Shown here piece by piece: positions 9,804 to 19,700 of a stretch of 64,000 nucleotides of DNA (positions within the stretch are counted from its first letter, which is position 1; each line of letters starts with the position of its first letter). The notes beneath the pieces were generated by a model. That model was not told the DNA's origin, ran no database searches, and saw only the letters and a program-made list of their open reading frames with translations. Source of the stretch: a virus (taxonomy: Duplodnaviria; Caudoviricetes). A program made the position numbers and the translations under genes. Where the stretch lies: positions 32,001 to 96,000 of the IMG/VR virus record IMGVR_UViG_3300010356_000998; one strand, written 5' to 3'.

Positions 9804-10738
9804 AAATTATTATATTTTATATGAGCTTCATAAGAGTCTTTTGCAACTTCTATATTGACCCATGGAATATCATACTGGTTTGAAAATATACCAGCTTGAG
9901 TTTGACCTGTTAAATCATTGTCAAAAAGAATAATTTGTTTTTTAAATTGTTTAATTTTATCTATAACCTTATCAAAATTAATTTTTTCATTTTGCATAGA
10001 TATAGCATTATATCCGTAAACATAATCTAAAATCAATCTATCTTTTTGACTTTTTGTAATAATAATAAGTCTGTCATCTTTTTCTAAATAATAATCTAAT
10101 TTAGATTCTCCAAAAACATCATTTTGATCACAGTTAGTGTACCATTTTATTGAATGTTCATTCGGAAAATACAATTTAACATGATTTGTATCTGGAAAAT
10201 AATAAGCTATTGTTAATGTTTTTTTAGGATTATGTAAATGATTCCATTCATAATCAGAATCTTGTTTAATCCAATAATCATCTACTAAATACACATTTTC
10301 ATTATAAAGATGATAAGGATCTATTCTAAAATAATTATCTTTAGGCCATTCTTTATATTTGAAACGTATATCTAATTTTGATTTTTTATCAGTTTTCGTA
10401 TAATCAGTAATAAAATTTAAATCTATATTTTCATTTTTAATAATTAAATTTATAGATTCTTTTATACTAATACCTTTTAAATAACTGATAACATCTGCAA
10501 TGTTAAAGCTAATTTTTCCATTTATCCCAACATTATCAATAAAATACAATATACCATCATGATATTTAAATCTGCAACCCGGAGTTTTGTCCGGCCTGAG
10601 TAAAGATTTATAACGTTTCTTTAAATCAGGCCAGACTCCGGTATATTTAGCAAATAGATCTTCTTGATTAAGTGATGGTAGTGTTTTTCTTATATCAATA
10701 TACTCTAAAGTATTTATTCTATTTGCCGAATTAAACAT
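9785..10738 (-). CDS. DNA primase (TOPRIM), crAss-like
   Basis: S.LRPDKTPGC at the N-terminus, ITKSQKD, FDNDLTG and KD TOPRIM motifs. Confidence 0.8.
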   Translation of the reverse strand: MFNSANRINTLEYIDIRKTLPSLNQEDLFAKYTGVWPDLKKRYKSLLRPDKTPGCRFKYHDGILYFIDNVGINGKISFNIADVISYLKGISIKESINLIIKNENIDLNFITDYTKTDKKSKLDIRFKYKEWPKDNYFRIDPYHLYNENVYLVDDYWIKQDSDYEWNHLHNPKKTLTIAYYFPDTNHVKLYFPNEHSIKWYTNCDQNDVFGESKLDYYLEKDDRLIIITKSQKDRLILDYVYGYNAISMQNEKINFDKVIDKIKQFKKQIILFDNDLTGQTQAGIFSNQYDIPWVNIEVAKDSYEAHIKYNNLCKSLN

Positions 10739-10741
10739 TAA

Positions 10742-11596
10742 TTAAAACAAATCTTTGTGATCAAAATTAGCAGTAGTTGTAGTTGTAGGTACTGCATTAA
10801 TACATTCTTCTTTAACAAATGGCTGAAACAACGTGGTAAATAAATATTTAGATATTTTATCACCTTTTGCTAAAGCGTCTGTTAATACTTGAACACTTTT
10901 AGAACTAACTTCTGAGTTAGACGTCATGAAGAAAGCATTAGGATTTGTTACAATTGTTTGATTGTAATATACCTTTTCCTCTCCATCTACAATTTTAGAA
11001 GTAGTTCTTACAGCAGCTATCAAAACAATACTGTTATTGTTTTCGTTACACCACGTAAAGAAATTTCTTAAACCTGTTAAATTATTATTATAAATAGCAT
11101 CTATAGTAATACCGTTTTTATCAGCTTCTTCCATAAATTTAGCGTCATCTGGATAACTATTATAACGCATTAATTTTTGCATGAAAGTAAATAATTCATT
11201 TTCTCCAATTTTAGCCAATCTGTATGGATGTTTTGTAAACCAAGTCATTTTTTCATTAGAATCTAAAGACTCTTTGCTTTTAGATACTGTAAATACACCT
11301 TTACTGTTAACAAAACGCATTGTTCCACTTGGAGAAACATCATCTTCATTTGAAATTAAAAATCTCATGGGAACAGGGTCTATGTTTTTACCTACATCTT
11401 GCAACCATATTTCAATTGGTCTAAAACTTCTACCGTTAAGTTGTACTATAGAATAATCTACATTTAATTTGTACTCTTTATTTAACATTTTTTCAATTTC
11501 TGTTTTGTCTGGATTTACTGCTAACACTTTGAAAGCAGATAAACCTGTGAAAAGTTTAGAAGCGTTGCCGCCAGTGGTGTTGGAATTATTAAACAT
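10742..11596 (-). CDS. Conserved crAss-like replication protein (possible SSB)
   Basis: FTGL..FKVLAVNP N-terminus, short DLF C-terminal tail, position between AAA ATPase and primase. Confidence 0.5.
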   Translation of the reverse strand: MFNNSNTTGGNASKLFTGLSAFKVLAVNPDKTEIEKMLNKEYKLNVDYSIVQLNGRSFRPIEIWLQDVGKNIDPVPMRFLISNEDDVSPSGTMRFVNSKGVFTVSKSKESLDSNEKMTWFTKHPYRLAKIGENELFTFMQKLMRYNSYPDDAKFMEEADKNGITIDAIYNNNLTGLRNFFTWCNENNNSIVLIAAVRTTSKIVDGEEKVYYNQTIVTNPNAFFMTSNSEVSSKSVQVLTDALAKGDKISKYLFTTLFQPFVKEECINAVPTTTTTANFDHKDLF

Positions 11597-11622
11597 AAGG
11601 ATTAAAATTTTTAAAAGGATTA

Positions 11623-12429
11623 TTATTTATTAGATAAGAATATCTTATCCCAGTTAAAAATAAATTTACGTGAACCTTTTGGTTCTTCCTGAACCAAGAT
11701 AAATTCTTGATTATTCAAATGCTCTGGTCTAGCACCTGTTGCTAAATCTCTTTCATCATTTTTAAAAGATACTATAGTATTCACTCCATCTTTACGGAAT
11801 AAATAACCAACCGCATCTGCATTTTGACAAAGAATATGTTTTAATTTACCAGGTAGTTGAAGATCTCTTGCTGAAACATCTCCTCCAATTTTCATAATAG
11901 AAGCATCTTTAACGTGACCTATTTCAATAGCGCATTCTTTAGCATGTGGTTCTATTGAGCTTAAAATACGTTCATACGCTTGGCGTAACCATTCGTAACC
12001 CGCTCCGTTAGCTAAATCTTTAACTACATCATGTCCTGTATAATTTTTACCCATAGGGCTAGCTTTATACATTAGTGATGCTAGATAAGTAGCAATTTTA
12101 ACTAATGCAGTTACGGTATCTATAACAATGTAATCAAAAGAAGACTTTTTTAATTCTTCTACTAATTCTTTTAAAACATTTAAACATTCTTGCAAACCTT
12201 CCGGATGATTTAACACCTCTTTAGGTTCTAATTTAGTACGTTCTCCAGCTATTGCTAAAATATTTACAATAGCATCTGCTTTAATAAAAGAACTCCCATC
12301 TTCTAAATCAATAATCAATGCATTTTTCAATCCTGATATAGCTGTAGTTTTACCAGCTTTAGGATGTGAAAATAATAACATTTTTTTAGGATTAATTCTT
12401 GTGGTTTCTTGTTTTTTAATTAAGGACAT
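11623..12429 (-). CDS. AAA_24/Sak4-like ATPase
   Basis: Walker A SHPKAGKTT, IIDLEDGS, Walker B IVIDTVT, GAGY, ADAVGY. Confidence 0.8.
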   Translation of the reverse strand: MSLIKKQETTRINPKKMLLFSHPKAGKTTAISGLKNALIIDLEDGSSFIKADAIVNILAIAGERTKLEPKEVLNHPEGLQECLNVLKELVEELKKSSFDYIVIDTVTALVKIATYLASLMYKASPMGKNYTGHDVVKDLANGAGYEWLRQAYERILSSIEPHAKECAIEIGHVKDASIMKIGGDVSARDLQLPGKLKHILCQNADAVGYLFRKDGVNTIVSFKNDERDLATGARPEHLNNQEFILVQEEPKGSRKFIFNWDKIFLSNK

Positions 12430-12435
12430 GTTTGT

Positions 12436-13143
12436 TTATTCATATAAAAGCGTATCGAAAATTGTTTTTATATAATTTTGTAAATTCTTAAAACATTTTT
12501 TTGATGATTCTGAAAAATAAACTGTATTGATATTTTCAATAATATTACGAGCGTTATTTCTTTCTTTAATATGTTCAGATACATATAACCAGTCAAGAAC
12601 ATCTAAAGAACATATATCATACACATTCAACGCAATATCTTGAATAGTTCGACCAGTGTTAAAATTTTTATAATTCATTTCATCATATGAAAATACTTTT
12701 TTCAAATCATTACTAATCTTATTAGCTCCATCAAAATCTTCTTTTGGAATAGTGTAATTAACAACACCTGTAGAATTCTCTGTAACATATAAGATAATAC
12801 CTGTTAGTATACCAATCGTTGTTAAGTTTTTACTTTTTTTAAATTTTTTATTGCTTTTATTTAAAAATACACTTAAATTTCCTAAGTGTTTTTTACCGCA
12901 ACAAGTATAATCAGGATACATATCATAAGATATTGCTAGTTCTTCATCTTTTCTGAATACAAATCGTTTTAAATCAGCTGGTAAACGAATATTGTTACTA
13001 TACCATATTTCAAATTCTTCAAAAGGTTGAGTTAATTCATTATTAATCAAATAATCTTGTATAAGATTAAATACTACACTATTTTTAGTTAAATAGTTAA
13101 TATCTTTATTTAAAATAAATAATGAATCTTTTATTAAAGCCAT
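12436..13143 (-). CDS. Hypothetical protein (CCG ... KNFNTG motif)
   Basis: 235-aa ORF in the operon. Confidence 0.6.
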   Translation of the reverse strand: MALIKDSLFILNKDINYLTKNSVVFNLIQDYLINNELTQPFEEFEIWYSNNIRLPADLKRFVFRKDEELAISYDMYPDYTCCGKKHLGNLSVFLNKSNKKFKKSKNLTTIGILTGIILYVTENSTGVVNYTIPKEDFDGANKISNDLKKVFSYDEMNYKNFNTGRTIQDIALNVYDICSLDVLDWLYVSEHIKERNNARNIIENINTVYFSESSKKCFKNLQNYIKTIFDTLLYE

Positions 13144-13145
13144 TT

Positions 13146-14102
13146 TTACAATTCTTTAAAAAATGAGACAGCTCCGTCAAAATATACAGCTAATTCTTTT
13201 TGTCCAGTAGATTCTCTACCACCCATTATATTAAGAATTCGTAAATTATTTTTATAATTATTTACATTAATCCCTTCATAAGTAGATAGTTTTGCCATTT
13301 CTGGACTAAATATACCAAAGCCAATATCAATATCTCTTTGAGTATCTTTTGAATCTGCTAAACCATTAAAAGATGGTAATAAATCATTCATTTTTCTAGC
13401 TTCAAAAGATTCTTTTTCATTAGCTTGTTGCTGTACTATGACGGGATTGATTTTATATAAATTTCTTGCTTTAACAAATGTAGAAGCAGATGTTTCATCA
13501 ATAGCTTGTTTTAATGTTTGTCCTCTTCTTGGAATAATTAATGATGCGTGATCTAAAATCAACATCGTTATTTTTTCAGAATTAGGATTTACTTTTTTAC
13601 TTAATTCTACCGTAAAATTAGCTATTTCATCTACACTTCTAAATCTGTCATAATAGTTTACTCTTTCTAAATATTTTTCAAAAAATGGTTCATATTTTAC
13701 AATAGCTTCGTATACTTCGGGTTCTAAAGATTTTTTAGTTGATCTAATATCTTCAGGAGATACTCTAATCATACCTTTAGAATCAATAAATAGGAAGTGA
13801 CACATTGCTTGAATCATTTTTTGCTGACTGGTCATTTCTAAAGATAAATAATGAACTTCAACATCTAAATCTGATTCTGTATCCATACAAAACTTAACAG
13901 GATTGTATACATACATGAAATCAGTAAATTGAGATTTACCTCTTTTTGGAGATGCTGATACCATTTCATATTTACCTTTTTCAATACCTGTGTAATATTG
14001 TTCTAATTTTGGAAAAGGACACGGAATAGCATTAAATTTACCAGACTCTCTTCTAAGTTTTCTTCTTTCAATATTTTTTAATGTTTCTTTAAATAAACTC
14101 AC
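13146..14102 (-). CDS. DnaB-like replicative helicase
   Basis: ASPKRGKSQF Walker A, YLSLEM, ILDH, VQQQ, LADSKDTQRD motifs. Confidence 0.85.
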   Translation of the reverse strand: MSLFKETLKNIERRKLRRESGKFNAIPCPFPKLEQYYTGIEKGKYEMVSASPKRGKSQFTDFMYVYNPVKFCMDTESDLDVEVHYLSLEMTSQQKMIQAMCHFLFIDSKGMIRVSPEDIRSTKKSLEPEVYEAIVKYEPFFEKYLERVNYYDRFRSVDEIANFTVELSKKVNPNSEKITMLILDHASLIIPRRGQTLKQAIDETSASTFVKARNLYKINPVIVQQQANEKESFEARKMNDLLPSFNGLADSKDTQRDIDIGFGIFSPEMAKLSTYEGINVNNYKNNLRILNIMGGRESTGQKELAVYFDGAVSFFKEL

Positions 14103-14662
14103 AACAAATTAGATTCTTGACTTATCAATCGCAATTCTTCTAATATTGTGTAAAGTTTAGATTCTTCTCCGTTATTAGTAGTTCTAAAAATAAAATTTTC
14201 AGCACTGGTAATATATTTCATTTCAGTATGGTTAATATAATAATGAGCAGCTTGTAATATTTCATCAAAAGTATACCCATATTCAAGAATAAATCTTATA
14301 ATATACGCTATACAAGTTTTTCTATTACCCATATTACCTATTCTAAAACCTTTAAATAAAGTTCTATATTCATCTATTCTATTCTTAACAATTTCTTCTA
14401 TAGAATTTAATTCTTCAAAAGTTTTAAATTTACCTGAAACTACTTCACCATTTTCTAAAATAGGAACTTTTAATATAAACTTGTTCTTTATGTAATCTCT
14501 TTCTATAATACAATCTCTTGTTAACTTGGATATTATTGAATCTTCTATAGGAAATTCCCAATCAATATTATTAGCTAATTTTATTAGAAACAATAAAGCA
14601 TGGTTTTTTTCTATATTTGATTCAAAGCAATTATTCAAGTACAACAGCAAACTTTGATTCAT
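14099..14662 (-). CDS. Hypothetical protein upstream of the helicase (possible loader)
   Basis: 187-aa ORF overlapping the helicase start; function inferred from position only. Confidence 0.5.
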   Translation of the reverse strand: MNQSLLLYLNNCFESNIEKNHALLFLIKLANNIDWEFPIEDSIISKLTRDCIIERDYIKNKFILKVPILENGEVVSGKFKTFEELNSIEEIVKNRIDEYRTLFKGFRIGNMGNRKTCIAYIIRFILEYGYTFDEILQAAHYYINHTEMKYITSAENFIFRTTNNGEESKLYTILEELRLISQESNLL

Positions 14663-15323
14663 TTGTTTTTTCTTTTTCTAAAATCGCATTACATATTGTA
14701 ACTTTTACATGAGAATTTCTTTTTTCAGTTTTAAAATAATACCCTAATTCATCAACAGTTGAAGAACAGTAAACATTATAACTAAAATAAACATTTTCAG
14801 TAAACCCATCTTTTTCAACAGGGGTTAATGTATTTCCTACATATTTTAACATCGCTTTAAGCACGTCTAAAATCTTATGATTAGCCAATTCTCTATTAAT
14901 TTTTAGTCTCAATGATGAATCTATGTTATAAACTCTCCTAACTACAGTTGAACACATTAAAGATTTAATTTGAAATCTTGTGAATAATTCTGACATTGCG
15001 TTTATTAGTATATCATAATTAGCAAATTGTTTATTGTAACTATTTGCAAATAAACCAATATCTAATAAACTCCTATTAGTATTAAGTGTAATTCCTGCTC
15101 TACCTGCATTAACAAACCTTTTATATCTAAAAGAATATCTTTTAGTTGTATAGATAGTATTCAATATTAATATTGACATTATAAACATACCTGGATGTTT
15201 TAATTCGTTTAAAAACTTTTCAACATCTTCTGGAAGGTTATCAAAAACAAGTTTAGTTAACGAAAATAGTCTATCATGCTCATCAGGATGAATAGGGTTA
15301 GTATATTTAATTTTTCCGTACAT
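14631..15323 (-). CDS. Hypothetical protein (RSLLD...CSTVVRRVY)
   Basis: 230-aa ORF coupled to its neighbours. Confidence 0.6.
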   Translation of the reverse strand: MYGKIKYTNPIHPDEHDRLFSLTKLVFDNLPEDVEKFLNELKHPGMFIMSILILNTIYTTKRYSFRYKRFVNAGRAGITLNTNRSLLDIGLFANSYNKQFANYDILINAMSELFTRFQIKSLMCSTVVRRVYNIDSSLRLKINRELANHKILDVLKAMLKYVGNTLTPVEKDGFTENVYFSYNVYCSSTVDELGYYFKTEKRNSHVKVTICNAILEKEKTNESKFAVVLE

Positions 15324-16515
15324 AATTTTTTATAAAATCTTGCATTGTATTATAAGTTTTAAATTTTAAACCAGTGGCTTCTATAATTTTGTTTAACCAA
15401 GTTTCTTCTTGAGTACCTCTTGTACAAAATATAATTACATTACCTTTTTCTGGTCTATTTCTTAATCTACCTACTCTTTGAATAAAATCTTTTTCTACTC
15501 CATAGTAAGAATGAAGTATTACAGTATCTAAATTATCAAGATTAATTCCTTGCTTTAACATTTTAAAAGAACCTATTACGTTAATTTTACCTTCATTAAA
15601 ATCTTTAATGATTTGTAAATTAACATCTTTAATTCTTTTACTAGATACTGTTGGGCATATTTTAACTAATTCTGTAATACTATTAGCAAATACAATAGTT
15701 CTTTTTAAATCTATTGCTTTTAATAGAGATATTACAGATTCTGTTTTAGAAGGTAAATTATATAATATTTCATTACGTTTTCTCATCCAGTATTGTTTTA
15801 AAAAATCTGAATCAGAAAACATACATTTTATAAATCTTTGATGACAATAAGAATAATAATCTTTTTCAGTTTGATAAAAAGTTTTTTTAACACCTGTTGT
15901 TTTATCTTTATAATCAACGGGTATTATTTTCTTTTTATCATCTAGTTCTGTAATTATTACACTTATTTCAAGTTCTCTGGCAGTTTTATCTTCCTGTCCT
16001 TGTTTAATATTGTAAGAAAAACATATAGGCGCTATTTTATTTAATAATGTTATTTTAGTTATTTCTTCACCATCTATTTCAAAAGTACTTTTTTTATCTA
16101 TTGTAGCAGATAAGCCGATCAAATGATTAAATTTGTTATTTTCGTAATATTTGAAATATTGAGGTGTTAATGAATCATGTATTTCATCAGCAACTACCAT
16201 ATCATAAAAAGTACTTATCCATTTATAAGCACTTTGATAACATGCAAACGTTACTGAATGATTTGCTAAAATATCATAATTAAATACTTCTTTAAACTTA
16301 GCTATATCTTTTCTAATATCTAATTCTCTTAAATTAGTTTCAGCTAAAAATAAAATAGATTTTGGCTTTAGTTCTTTTATCATCATTAATGAAATAAAAG
16401 TTTTACCAATACCTGTAATAGCTTCTATAGTACCTCTTACATTACCATTAATTTTACTATTTAACAGTGATTGAACTGCCTTATTTTGTATATCATTTCT
16501 GTCAATACTAATCAA
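15307..16515 (-). CDS. Superfamily 2 helicase
   Basis: TGIGKT, DEIH, GLSAT, GINL, QRVGRL motifs. Confidence 0.9.
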   Translation of the reverse strand: MISIDRNDIQNKAVQSLLNSKINGNVRGTIEAITGIGKTFISLMMIKELKPKSILFLAETNLRELDIRKDIAKFKEVFNYDILANHSVTFACYQSAYKWISTFYDMVVADEIHDSLTPQYFKYYENNKFNHLIGLSATIDKKSTFEIDGEEITKITLLNKIAPICFSYNIKQGQEDKTARELEISVIITELDDKKKIIPVDYKDKTTGVKKTFYQTEKDYYSYCHQRFIKCMFSDSDFLKQYWMRKRNEILYNLPSKTESVISLLKAIDLKRTIVFANSITELVKICPTVSSKRIKDVNLQIIKDFNEGKINVIGSFKMLKQGINLDNLDTVILHSYYGVEKDFIQRVGRLRNRPEKGNVIIFCTRGTQEETWLNKIIEATGLKFKTYNTMQDFIKNYVRKN

Positions 16516-16753
16516 TGTTTTTTATTACTCCAATAACGATCGCACGTTTGTGAAGTGGCAACTTAATATGTTGCGTTTCATTATTATCATTAAATCTTTT
16601 TACATTGACTAACGTAACATGATGTTTCATTGCAGGAATTCCTACATTTTCTTCCCAAAATACAAGAGGTAGATCTTTTAAATCTACCCCTTGATTTTTA
16701 ATATCTGTCAGTAATTTAAGTAATTCTTCAGCTGTAACCATAGTTATCCACAT
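16508..16753 (-). CDS. Small hypothetical protein
   Basis: ORF bridging the end of nrdJ and the start of the helicase. Confidence 0.55.
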   Translation of the reverse strand: MWITMVTAEELLKLLTDIKNQGVDLKDLPLVFWEENVGIPAMKHHVTLVNVKRFNDNNETQHIKLPLHKRAIVIGVIKNID

Positions 16754-19700
16754 TTAGATGATCCACATTCTTTACATACAGCACACCCTTCTTCAAATAC
16801 AACCGATTTAGATCCACAGTCTAAGCATGATACTGTACTGTTTGTTCCATCAGGAATATATGCTTTAAGTGTTCTTGCTATAGCTTTTGTAAATGAATGT
16901 AACTCACCATCGGTTTTTTGTAATTGCTCAACAATAAAGCGTATTTCTGCGCCATGTCGTAAAGCAGTTGAAATAAGTCTGGTAATAGCTTCTTGTTCAT
17001 CAGTCATCATATAAGCTAATTGATGATATTTACTATTATCAATTATTACGTTATATTTTCCTTTACTTTTTTTAGAAATAATACCTTTACTATAACCTTC
17101 TAATATAAGTTCTGGTACAGCAAATACTTCGTAAGGCTTGTTATCTAATAAACCAACAATAACTGTAAAACCATTACCCTTTACTTTTAAGTGTTTAATA
17201 TCACATTCTAAATCAATAGGTCTTTTAGGTGCGTTTCTTTGTTCAAAAGTATTATTTTTAGTAGTATCTGTTACTAAAACACCTGTCCTACTACCATCTC
17301 TATATACAGTAACTCCTTTAAGATTTGCATCAAAAGCAGTCATATATATAATATCTACTTCTTCAGTAGAAATTTCATTTGGTAGATTAATTGTACTACT
17401 TCATATTTGTCTCATATTTCTATGAGTATGGACTATATCATATTCCTTAATAAAGGAACTCGGACGCTGATACGGTATTACTCATCACGCTTGATGAACC
17501 CGTTAGTCTCTGCACCTTCACTACAAGATCGTGTAGTGCTTGGCTCAATGTTAGCATGATTATTTGCTATTTCTCTGCATAGTTGTAAAAAGTCACTATT
17601 AGTCATATTGTTTTTCATTGTATTAACTCTTTTTGTGACCCACTGGACATTATCTTTAACATACCCTTTATCGGAATTTATTCTATCTAAAGAACACGTG
17701 TGCTTTACTCTATCTTCTTTATTATTAAATTTTGTATTCATTAATAATTCTCTTTGTGTATAAGCACATTTACCATTTTGATTATTCCACAATTCTTCCA
17801 AATATTCTGGTGTAAGATCAAATTCAAAACCTCTTAATTTAGCGTTTCTCTCAATAACTTTAAAATAAGTTAATGAAAGATTATTAGTTAACATTGTATT
17901 TCTTTTAGGTTTTTTTAAATTAGTATTAAAACAGTTATTACAATAAGAAAGTCCTTCCCCTTTACATTTTCTAGTTAATGTGGTATGACCTGTTCTGTAA
18001 ATATGGCCACAATCACATTGTACTTTATAAATAGTATTTCCTTTTTGAAGACCTTCACATTTCAATACTGTTAAATTTTGTACTTTGAATCCGTCAAAAT
18101 AAGTTTTTTTGTCTTTCCATCGCAATTTTCCAGAACACGAACGACATGATTTTGAAAACCCGTTTCGATTAATATAATGTTTTCCAAAAATATATTCTTT
18201 ATCACAAGTACATTTTAATACAAAATGATCTCTACCATTTTCTTTAAATGGTTCTGATACAACTGTCCAGTTGTTTACTTTACTTCCAATTTCTAAATTT
18301 CTTTGCATATTTTATGTATTTTTATTACACAAAGATAATTAAAAATTGATTACTTCAACAGATAACTTACATTTAATTTTAGCCTTCTTTGAATTCATCC
18401 GATTTTCGATACACATTACTGTGTAAAGGCACAAGTTTTTATGCTGTGAGTAGTATATTTTTGAATAATAGATTGAATAAATACTCTATTTTGCCAGTTA
18501 ATATCATTAGCTATTGAACCATACCAAGGAGACATTTTAAAACGTGCTTCTAATTCAGACTTTGGCATCATTTCTATAGAATACGATAATGGATCTGGAG
18601 CAGTTTTATTAATTTGAATTTGAAGCCAATCTTTAAATTTAGGATGAAGTACAGGATATTCCATCCAGTTATCTCCATTTTGATCTGTAAAATCTACTCT
18701 AACACCTGTTTCACCCGGATTAACTTTTTTACGACGCATGTAATATGGTGCAAATAAAGGTTCTAATCCAGAAGTTGTTTGTGTTAAAATACTTACAGAA
18801 CCAGTTGGAGCTACTGTAGACCATGATACATTACGACGTCCCCATTTTATCATTTTTAAAACTTTAAAATAAAAGTTTTCTACTAAAAATTGATAAAATT
18901 CATTACGTCCACTAATAATATCACCATCTATTTTAAATTCACTTTCAGCATCCCAATCTTTAAATGAACCCCTTAATATAGATAAATCAATACTACAATC
19001 TAGTTCTCCTGACATTTTAGTTTGCATCACTCTTTCAATAGTTTCCATAGCTTCTTTAGAATCATATTTTAATCCTAAAGCTGCTAACATATCACCTAAA
19101 GCAGTGAAACCACTACCCGTTCTTCTAGAACTTTCAGCAATATATCTTATATTTTGCCAAAGTTCTAATTCAGTACGTTTAACTGAATCATTTTCAGGAT
19201 CTTGATTGATTTTATCGATAATTCTATCAATGTGTTCTAATTCAAGATCAATTAAATTATCAGCTAATCGTTGTTGTTCATACGCCATTTTATAAAGACT
19301 TTCGTAATCTATTTGAGCATCTTTAGTAAATGGGTTCTTTACAAAGGAATAAAAATTAAGTGCTAATAAACGACAAGCATCATAAGCACTCATGAAAATT
19401 TCTCCACCTTTTTATCTACACTTTATTAATCATGTTTTTAAATTCATTATAATAATCTTTTTCTGTCCACAATTCATTCTTTTTAATTTTTTTAATGTTA
19501 GTACCATTATAATAAAAAATACCTTCTTGTGCAGGATACGAACAAATACACCTTATTGAAGAATTGTTAATACGACTTTTAAATTCTTCAACTGTAATTA
19601 ATTTAGGAAAGGTATCAATTGCAGTTTTTCCATAGTAATTATTCAAAAAACAATGATTAACATTTACTTTTTCAATATCTAACATTAAATTATGACAAAA

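Larger units (their letters stand above)
17402..18440 (-). mobile_element. Group I intron (nrdJ intron 2) carrying an HNH endonuclease
   Basis: 5' splice after U with P1 GCAU/GUGC; terminal G at 17402; P3 UCGGAUG/CGUCCGA; R element GCAGAGACUAA; S element AUGAUAUAGUCC; P10 ACUU/AAGU. Confidence 0.9.
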
